From assembly GCA_964392555.1 (NCBI GenBank), contig CAYMRG010000001.1:19842-53065 (forward strand): 33,224 nucleotides of DNA. The letters run 5' to 3'. Position numbers and translations under genes: made by a program. This DNA comes from an uncultured candidatus Brocadiaceae bacterium (GTDB taxonomy: Bacteria; Planctomycetota; UBA1135; UBA2386). Below the pieces are notes generated by a model, which worked only from the letters and a program-made list of their open reading frames with translations, was not told the DNA's origin and did no database searches. Below, piece after piece: positions 1 to 6,096 of this stretch (positions are counted from its first letter, which is position 1; the number at the start of each line of letters is the position of its first letter).

Positions 1-2
1 TG

Positions 3-338
3 CTCGGCGACGCGGAGCTGCGCGCGGCGCTGGTCGCCTTCGCGCGCGCGCCGGATCACCTCGCCGAATACGGGGCGCGGCTGATGCTGACGATCTACGG
101 CTCGGCCGACGGCACGCTGACCCGCGCGCAGGCCGTGACCGCGCTCGACGAGTCGGTGATCGAGCTGCGCTTCATGGCGCACGAACGCTTTCCGCCGCCC
201 GGCTACGTCGAGCGCCTCCAGCCGAACGTGACCGTGCGCGACGGCGTCGCCATGGCCGCGCCGCGCAGTGCGCCGCTGACCGGCGAGGACATCCGCCGCA
301 TCGAGGCCGACGCGCGACGGCAGCTCAGCGCGCGGTGA
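3..338 (+). CDS. C-terminal fragment of a hypothetical protein (5' end lies outside the window)
   Basis: Frame 3 is open from base 3 (LGDAELRAALVAF...) to TGA 336-338. Track ORF 84..338 is only its first internal Met. The translation is not the Arg/Pro-rich junk of off-frames. I recognise no motif. Confidence 0.45.
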   Translation, partial: LGDAELRAALVAFARAPDHLAEYGARLMLTIYGSADGTLTRAQAVTALDESVIELRFMAHERFPPPGYVERLQPNVTVRDGVAMAAPRSAPLTGEDIRRIEADARRQLSAR

Positions 339-2121
339 CGACGACGCGGCCGAGGCCGAACACGCGCTGCTGCCCGTCGCCGTTCGCGAGGTGCAGTTCG
401 ACCGCGACCTCGCGGCCCTCGGGCACGTCGTCGGGGATCGGCGCGCGCAACGCGACCGCAGTCGGATCCGGCGTCCCGGCCGCCGCGACCATCGCCCCGC
501 GCCACGTCCCTTCGCCGTCGGTGGCGACCGCCTGCAGCGTCACCGGCCCGCGCGTCTCGAGCAGCACGTGGACCGGCAGCTCGTCGCCGGCGAACGGATT
601 GGTGCGCGCGATCCGCGCGTAGCCGACGCGCGCGCCGGACCACGCCGCCGCGGGCCATCGACGATCGAGCTCGAGCGGCACCAGCGAACCGTCGTTCCAG
701 CGCACGGTGAACCAATCGACGAGCGCTTCGCCGCGCTGCGCCGCGCCGGCGAGTTCGCGCAACACGGCGTCCCACTCCTGCGTGCTGGCGACCCCGCCGC
801 GCAGGTCCGTTCCGGCCGGAGCGACCGCCTGCAGAAAGCGGAACTCGGTGAAGCCGTTGAGCCACGCGAACGCGCCCTCGTAGACGCCCGGCGCGTCGAT
901 GACGCGCAACGGCCGCTGGCTAGCGCGCGCGACGCCGACGACGTCGGCCGACAGCCGCTGGTAAACCGCGGACGCACGCAGCCACGATTGGCGATTGTGG
1001 TCCAGCACGGTCGCGTGCACGACGACGAATCCGGCGATCACGAGGCCGCGCCATTCGCCGGGCAACGCGGCGATCGCGATGCCGCCGAGCGCGCACAGCG
1101 CGAGCGTCGGCTCGTAGCCGTAGCGGATGTTCTCCAGCGTCGCGGGGTCGAGCGGTTCGAGCCCGATGCAGGCCACGTAGCCGCACACGAGCAGCACGGC
1201 GGCCAGCCCGCAGAGGCCGCGCACCGTCGGCGCACGCCACGCCGCCCGCAGCGCGCCGAACAGCAGCGCGAGGTGCGCGACGAGCAGAACCGGCAGCCAC
1301 GCGAACGGCGTGTAGTCCCGGTGTCGCGGCGCCAACAGCGCACCGAGCCAATCGAGGCACGAACGAACGGTGACGCGCTCGAGGTGCCAGCCGTAGTGCG
1401 TGCCGGAGCCCCACGTGCCGAGACAATGCGCGCGCCACGCCAGCCACGCGGCGGCCGCGATCGCCATCGGCGCCCACGCGAGCAGTGCGCTCGCCAGCCG
1501 GCGCGTTCGCAGCCAGCTCAGCAGGGCCGCGAGCGGCAACACGAACACGGCCGACTCCTTGGTGCCGATCGCCAGCACCGCGAACACCGCCGCCGTCGCG
1601 CGGCCGGCTGCGCACACCAGGCGCCCGCGCCCCGTCAGCGCGCCGTCGAGCGTGACCAGCGCCGCGCTCAGCAGCAACGTCGACTGGACGTTGGTCCGCG
1701 CCGCGATCCAGTGCAGCGCCTCGCTGTGCCCCGGAAAGCCGACGAACAGCAGCGCGGCCGCGAGCCCGGCGGACAGCGAGCGCGTCAGGCGCTGCACGAG
1801 CAGCAGCCACAGCAGGGCGGTGGCGCAGTGCATCGCCGAGTTGACGACGTGGTAGCCGAGCGGATCGAAGCCGAACCACGGCTGCTCGAGCCAGAACACC
1901 AGGTCGAGGAACGGCCGGTAGAGCGCGACCGCGGGCGCGGCGCCGCCGACCGGCACGTCGCGCACGAACATGCTGGCGAACGACCACGTGCCGGTGTGCC
2001 GCAGGACCGCGCCCCCCACCATGTGCGTGTCGTCGGCCAGGAACCCGACCTGCTGCCACGCGGTCAAGGCCACCGCCAGGTGCACGGCGACGACGAGCAG
2101 GAGCGCGGCGAGACGGGGCAT
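325..2121 (-). CDS. Polytopic membrane protein, GT-C fold glycosyltransferase-like (PMT_2/TMTC/ArnT-like N-terminal half) with a ~230-aa soluble C-terminal domain
   Basis: 598-aa ORF with many hydrophobic helices. The N-terminal pattern FLADD...YRPFLDLVFWLE..FGFDPLGYHVVNSAMHCATALLWLLL is typical of PMT_2/TMTC-like mannosyltransferase-type membrane proteins. Its 3' end overlaps the convergent upstream gene by 14 nt. Confidence 0.55.
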   Translation of the reverse strand: MPRLAALLLVVAVHLAVALTAWQQVGFLADDTHMVGGAVLRHTGTWSFASMFVRDVPVGGAAPAVALYRPFLDLVFWLEQPWFGFDPLGYHVVNSAMHCATALLWLLLVQRLTRSLSAGLAAALLFVGFPGHSEALHWIAARTNVQSTLLLSAALVTLDGALTGRGRLVCAAGRATAAVFAVLAIGTKESAVFVLPLAALLSWLRTRRLASALLAWAPMAIAAAAWLAWRAHCLGTWGSGTHYGWHLERVTVRSCLDWLGALLAPRHRDYTPFAWLPVLLVAHLALLFGALRAAWRAPTVRGLCGLAAVLLVCGYVACIGLEPLDPATLENIRYGYEPTLALCALGGIAIAALPGEWRGLVIAGFVVVHATVLDHNRQSWLRASAVYQRLSADVVGVARASQRPLRVIDAPGVYEGAFAWLNGFTEFRFLQAVAPAGTDLRGGVASTQEWDAVLRELAGAAQRGEALVDWFTVRWNDGSLVPLELDRRWPAAAWSGARVGYARIARTNPFAGDELPVHVLLETRGPVTLQAVATDGEGTWRGAMVAAAGTPDPTAVALRAPIPDDVPEGREVAVELHLANGDGQQRVFGLGRVVVTAR

Positions 2122-2147
2122 CGGGCGGCCACTCTACGCCTCGCCCG

Positions 2148-2173
2148 GGAATCCTGAATAGCTCGGCCTCGCC
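2148..2173 (+). promoter_or_regulatory. Candidate ECF-type promoter upstream of sigma factor 1 (GGAAT-N16-TCGCC)
   Basis: GGAAT at 2148-2152, a 16-nt spacer, then TCGCC at 2169-2173, about 18 nt upstream of the GTG start at 2191. It has the same architecture as the candidate at 5013-5039. Confidence 0.25.
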
Positions 2174-2190
2174 ACGGTCATTGAACCTCG

Positions 2191-2772
2191 GTGACCGCCT
2201 TGCTGCCGAACCCCGACTCCGGGCACGCTGTCGCCGTGTCCAGTCCGCGAACCGTCGAGGCAGCCATCCGCACGCACCTGCAGGGTCTCTGGCGCTACCT
2301 GCGCGCGCACGGCGTGTCGGCGGAGACCGCCGAGGAACTCGCCCAGGAGACGTTCGCGATCGCGGTGCAGAAGGGCGCCCTGGCCTTCGACCCGCCGGCG
2401 ACGGCCGTGTTCCTGCGGCGGACCGCCCGCTTCCTGCTGCTGGCCCACCGCCGCAAGCAGCGCGGCGCCAGGCACCTCGCCGACGCCGTCGACGAGCTGT
2501 GGCAGCGCGACTGCGCGCTCGACGAAGGCAACGCCGCGGTCGAGGCGCTGCGTCGCTGCGTCGGCGAACTGACCGACCGCGCGCAGCGGGCGATCCGCGC
2601 CACGTATGGTCTCGGCAGTGGCCTCGGCAGCGGCTTCGGCAGCGAGGGCGACGAGGTCACCCGCCACGACGCACTCGCAGCCGAGCTCGGCCTGCAACCC
2701 AACGGCCTCAAGACCCTGCTCCAGCGCGCACGCCGGCAACTGCGGGAGTGCGTCGAGCGGAGGCATCGATGA
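2191..2772 (+). CDS. ECF-family RNA polymerase sigma factor (paralog 1)
   Basis: 193 aa with a GTG start. Region 2-like GLWRYLRAHGVSAETAEELAQETF and region 4 HTH LAAELGLQPNGLKTLLQRARRQLRE. Its stop overlaps the next gene's start (ATGA at 2769-2772). Confidence 0.85.
   Translation: MTALLPNPDSGHAVAVSSPRTVEAAIRTHLQGLWRYLRAHGVSAETAEELAQETFAIAVQKGALAFDPPATAVFLRRTARFLLLAHRRKQRGARHLADAVDELWQRDCALDEGNAAVEALRRCVGELTDRAQRAIRATYGLGSGLGSGFGSEGDEVTRHDALAAELGLQPNGLKTLLQRARRQLRECVERRHR
2608..2643 (+). repeat. In-frame 12-nt tandem repeat x3 encoding (GLGS)(GLGS)(GFGS) inside sigma factor 1
   Basis: ggtctcggcagt / ggcctcggcagc / ggcttcggcagc, read directly from the sequence. Confidence 0.85.
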
Positions 2773-3899
2773 ACGACCCCGATCCCGACGACGACCACGA
2801 CCCGCGCCAACGCGCGCAGGAGTTGCAGATGGACGCCTTCCTCACCGAGATCGCCGGCCAGGTGCCGGGCGATGACCTCGTCTCCCGCATCGTCGACCGC
2901 GTGCTGACGACGCAGCCGGTTGCAGGTCGCGTCGCCCTGCGCGGTGCCCGCAGTGCCACCCGCAGCACGCGCGGCCTGGCCTCCCGGCCGTGGCTCGCGG
3001 CCGCCGCGATCGTGCTCGGCATCGGCGCGGTCACCGCGACCGCCCTGCTGCGGCGCAACGATCGACCGGCCGAACACCAGGCGGTCGCACCCGTGACCCA
3101 GGATCCGCAACCGAAACCGCAGGAGCCAGCGCCACAACCCCCCGCCAAGCCGAAGGCGAGCTACACGCTGGTCGCCGACTACTCCGAGAACAAGGTCTAC
3201 GAAGTCGACGCCGACGGCCGGATCGTCTTCCAGCTCGACGACCTGTTCGGCGCCTGGGACGCCGAAGAGCTCGCCAACGGCAACCTGCTCATCACCCTGT
3301 TCTCGGTCAGCCGCGTCGTCGAGATGACGCGCAAAGGCGAGGAGGTCTGGGCGTTCGAAGACGGCCTCAGGAACCCCTACGACGCCGATCGACTGCCGAA
3401 CGGCAACACGCTGATCGCGGATACGTTCGGCGATCGCGTGATCGAGGTCGACGCCAAGGGCAACATCGTCTGGCAGCTCGACCGGCTCGTCGACGGCGAC
3501 GAGAAGAAGCCCTTCCGACCGTTCGACTGCGATCGCCTGGCCAACGGCAACACGCTGATCGCGGATGTCATGGGCAACCGGGTCGTCGAGGTCGATCGCG
3601 ACGGCAAGGTCGTCTGGCAGGTTCGCGACCTGCAGCAGGTGCACGACGCCGACCGACTGGCCAACGGCAACACCCTGATCACGCTGCGCAACCTCGGCAA
3701 GGTGATCGAGGTCGACGGCACCGGCAAGGTCGTCTGGCAGAAGAAGGGGCTCAGCACCCCGTTCGACGCCGATCGCCTCGCCAACGGCAACACCCTGATC
3801 ACGGAGAACGTCCGCGTCTGCGAGGTCGACCCCGACGGCAAGGTGGTCTGGTCCCGCGAAACCACCTGGTCGGTCGAGGCGAATCGCTACGAACGGTGA
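2769..3899 (+). CDS. Single-pass membrane anti-sigma-like protein with an extracytoplasmic six-bladed beta-propeller (NGNTLI repeats)
   Basis: The ATG at 2769 overlaps the sigma stop. Acidic N-terminus, TM helix WLAAAAIVLGIGAVTATALL, Pro/Lys-rich linker. Six repeats follow of the type D(A/C)DRLxNGNTLI....V(I/V)EVDxxGxVVWQ (about 3159-3896). Confidence 0.7.
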   Translation: MNDPDPDDDHDPRQRAQELQMDAFLTEIAGQVPGDDLVSRIVDRVLTTQPVAGRVALRGARSATRSTRGLASRPWLAAAAIVLGIGAVTATALLRRNDRPAEHQAVAPVTQDPQPKPQEPAPQPPAKPKASYTLVADYSENKVYEVDADGRIVFQLDDLFGAWDAEELANGNLLITLFSVSRVVEMTRKGEEVWAFEDGLRNPYDADRLPNGNTLIADTFGDRVIEVDAKGNIVWQLDRLVDGDEKKPFRPFDCDRLANGNTLIADVMGNRVVEVDRDGKVVWQVRDLQQVHDADRLANGNTLITLRNLGKVIEVDGTGKVVWQKKGLSTPFDADRLANGNTLITENVRVCEVDPDGKVVWSRETTWSVEANRYER

Positions 3900-3954
3900 G
3901 CCGCGGCCGGCACGCCGACAGGATCGGCGCCGCTTCGGCTACGCTCGCCACCGC

Positions 3955-4956
3955 ATGCCACACCTCACCCGCATCGTCACGTTCGCCGCCATCGCAGCAT
4001 TCGGCCTCCCGATCGCCGCTCAAGACCAGCCCGGCCGCAAAGCGCCGCCGGTCTACGACGAGGCGGCCGATGCCAAGCAGCTCGTCGCCGACGCGCTCGC
4101 CAAGGCGAAGCACGAGAACCAGCGCGTCCTGATCCAGTGGGGCGCCAACTGGTGCGGCTGGTGTGTTCGCCTCGCCGACGTGATGAAGAAGGACCGCACC
4201 GTCGCGCACGAGCTGCTCTACGAATATCGGCTCGTGCACGTCGACGTCGGCCACTTCGACAAGCACAAGGACCTCGCCAAGTCGCTCGGTGCGGAGTTCC
4301 AGGCGATCCCGTTCCTGACGATCCTCGACGCCGACGGCAAGCCGTTGGCGCAGCAGAACACCGAGCCGTTCGAGAACGGCAACGATGCGAAGGTCAGCCA
4401 CGACGCGACCAAGCTGCTCGCCTTCCTGAAGCAGTACGAGGCAAAGCCGCTGGTTGCCGAGGAGGTCCACGCCGCCGGCCTCGCCGCGGCGAAGGAACAG
4501 CAGAAGCGCCTGTTCCTGCACTTCGGCGCGCCGTGGTGCGGCTGGTGCCACCGCCTCGAGGACTGGATGGCGCGCCCCGAGATCGCGGCGCTGCTGGCGA
4601 AGGACTTCGTCGACGTCAAGGTCGACATCGACCGCATGACCGGCGGCAAGGAGCTCTACAACAAGCTGCTCGCGGCCGCGGGCGCCAAGGAGAGTGGCAT
4701 CCCGTGGTTCGTGTTCGAGGGCAAGGACGGCAAGCTGCTCGCGCACAGTGACGGCAAGGACGGCACGATCGGCTTCCCCTACCAACCCGATGAGGTCGCG
4801 GGTTTCGTCGAGATGCTGCAGGCCGCGCGCGTGAACCTCACCGACGCGGACATCGCGGCGCTGCGCAAGTCGCTCGACGACAACCGCGAGCAGACCGAGG
4901 CGCAGAAGCAGGCAGCTCGGCCCGCGGCGGCCAAGCCCGCCGAAGCCACGCGGTGA
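3955..4956 (+). CDS. Secreted tandem thioredoxin-fold protein (two WCGWC domains)
   Basis: Signal peptide MPHLTRIVTFAAIAAFGLPIAAQ. Two thioredoxin-like halves, each with WCGWC (nt 4150-4164 and 4534-4548). Confidence 0.85.
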   Translation: MPHLTRIVTFAAIAAFGLPIAAQDQPGRKAPPVYDEAADAKQLVADALAKAKHENQRVLIQWGANWCGWCVRLADVMKKDRTVAHELLYEYRLVHVDVGHFDKHKDLAKSLGAEFQAIPFLTILDADGKPLAQQNTEPFENGNDAKVSHDATKLLAFLKQYEAKPLVAEEVHAAGLAAAKEQQKRLFLHFGAPWCGWCHRLEDWMARPEIAALLAKDFVDVKVDIDRMTGGKELYNKLLAAAGAKESGIPWFVFEGKDGKLLAHSDGKDGTIGFPYQPDEVAGFVEMLQAARVNLTDADIAALRKSLDDNREQTEAQKQAARPAAAKPAEATR

Positions 4957-4986
4957 GGCGGCTCGCCCGGAGGGCGACCCGCCTCA
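4954..4986 (+). terminator. Strong GC-rich hairpin starting at the stop codon of the thioredoxin gene (no U-tract)
   Basis: TGAGGCGG-C-TCGCCC-GGA-GGGCGA-C-CCGCCTCA gives 8 + 6 bp interrupted by one C/C mismatch. Confidence 0.45.
4957..4979 (+). repeat. Copy 1 of a 23-nt direct repeat GGCGGCTCGCCCGRAGGGCGRCC (hairpin-forming, REP-like)
   Basis: ggcggctcgcccggagggcgacc matches 5065-5087 at 21/23 positions. Both copies lie in the same 179-nt intergenic region. Confidence 0.6.
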
Positions 4987-5012
4987 GCCATCTTCACGAC
5001 GCCGCTACGCGG

Positions 5013-5039
5013 GGAACTTCATCCGCGGGGATCATCGCA
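5013..5039 (+). promoter_or_regulatory. Candidate ECF (sigmaE-like) promoter upstream of the HtrA-type protease gene (GGAACTT-N15-TCGCA)
   Basis: GGAAC at 5013-5017 (GGAACTT through 5019), a 17-nt spacer after the pentamer, then TCGCA at 5035-5039, about 97 nt upstream of ATG 5136. It lies between two CGCGGGGA direct repeats (5008-5015 and 5024-5031). Confidence 0.3.
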
Positions 5040-5064
5040 GCCAGCCCCGCGGCGGCGTCTGTTG

Positions 5065-5087
5065 GGCGGCTCGCCCGAAGGGCGGCC
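5065..5087 (+). repeat. Copy 2 of the 23-nt direct repeat GGCGGCTCGCCCGRAGGGCGRCC
   Basis: ggcggctcgcccgaagggcggcc. Contains a CGCCC-GAA-GGGCG hairpin. Confidence 0.6.
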
Positions 5088-5135
5088 AGGCGCGCCCCTT
5101 TCGCGACCGCGGCGCCCGGCCTAGAGCGCTCGGCC

Positions 5136-6068
5136 ATGAGCATGCTGAGGTCGCTGTCCGATGAGATCGCTGCCGTCGTCGCGCGCGTTCGCCCCGCCGT
5201 CTTGCACCTGCGCGCCGTGCAGCGCGGCACCGGTCGCAACGGCACCGGTTCGGGCTTCGTGATCGCCGGCGACCTCGCGCTGACCAACAGCCACGTCGTC
5301 CACGACACGGTCGCGGTCGAGGCGACGTTCCACGACGGCCGCACCGCCTATGTCGACGTGCTCGGCACGGACCCGACGACCGACCTCGCGTTGCTGCGCG
5401 TGCCCGAGCCGGGCACCGAACCGCTCGAACTGGTCGACGCCAACGACCTGCGCGTCGGCGACTTCGCGCTCGCGGTCGGCTGTCCGCACGGCCTGTCGCA
5501 CTCGGTGACCGCTGGCATCATCAGCGGCCTCGGTCGCGCGCTGCCGGGCCCCGGCGGGCGGTCGATCGAAGACGTCATCCAGACCGACGCGCCGCTGAAC
5601 CCCGGCAACTCAGGTGGTCCGCTGCTCGACGCCGACGGCCGCGTCGTCGGCATCGCGACCGCGATCGTGCCGATGGCCCAGGGACTGTGCTTCGCCGTGC
5701 CGGCGAACACCGCACAGGTGGTCGTGCCCGAGCTGCGCGACCACGGCCGCGTCGTGCGCGGCTGGCTCGGCGTCGGCGTGCACGGCGTCGAGATCGCGCC
5801 GACGATCGCCCGCCGCCTCGGCCTGCCGTCGCCGCGCGCTCTGGCCGTCGCCGAGGTCACGCCGGGCTCGCCCGCGCAGCGCGCCGGCGTGCAGCAGGGC
5901 GACCTGCTGCTGTCGCTCGACGAACGCACGATCCGCGGTGCCGGCGACCTGATGGCCGGCCTGCTGCGCCACGCGATCGGCCGCGAACTGCAGCTGCGGC
6001 TGCTTCGGCACAACGAGATCCTGCGCACGGTGGTGACGCCAGCGGCGGCGCCGCGCGCGGCGGCGTGA
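5136..6068 (+). CDS. HtrA/DegP-family trypsin-like serine protease with one C-terminal PDZ domain
   Basis: Catalytic triad context TNSHVV, DLALLRV, GNSGGPLLD. PDZ-like EVTPGSPAQRAGVQQGDLLLSLD. I chose ATG 5136 (MSMLRSLSDEIA...) rather than the GTG at 4953, because that extension runs through the hairpin/repeat region and is Arg/Ala-rich. Confidence 0.85.
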   Translation: MSMLRSLSDEIAAVVARVRPAVLHLRAVQRGTGRNGTGSGFVIAGDLALTNSHVVHDTVAVEATFHDGRTAYVDVLGTDPTTDLALLRVPEPGTEPLELVDANDLRVGDFALAVGCPHGLSHSVTAGIISGLGRALPGPGGRSIEDVIQTDAPLNPGNSGGPLLDADGRVVGIATAIVPMAQGLCFAVPANTAQVVVPELRDHGRVVRGWLGVGVHGVEIAPTIARRLGLPSPRALAVAEVTPGSPAQRAGVQQGDLLLSLDERTIRGAGDLMAGLLRHAIGRELQLRLLRHNEILRTVVTPAAAPRAAA

Positions 6069-6072
6069 AGTC

Positions 6073-6096
6073 GTGGCTGACCCGAAGGCGAGCCGC
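6073..6096. terminator. Hairpin in the 28-nt gap between the convergent htrA-like and fic genes (possible bidirectional terminator)
   Basis: GTGGCT-GA-CC-CGAA-GG-CG-AGCCGC gives a 6-bp outer stem (one G-U pair), a 2x2 internal loop and a 2-bp inner stem. Confidence 0.3.

Noticed and set aside
4953-5135. GTG at 4953 (overlapping the thioredoxin stop) as the start of the HtrA-type protease
   Set aside because: The 61-residue extension is Arg/Ala-rich with no signal peptide or TM segment. It runs through the terminator-like hairpin, both 23-nt repeats and the promoter candidate. The protease domain aligns naturally from MSMLRSLSDEIAAVV at 5136.
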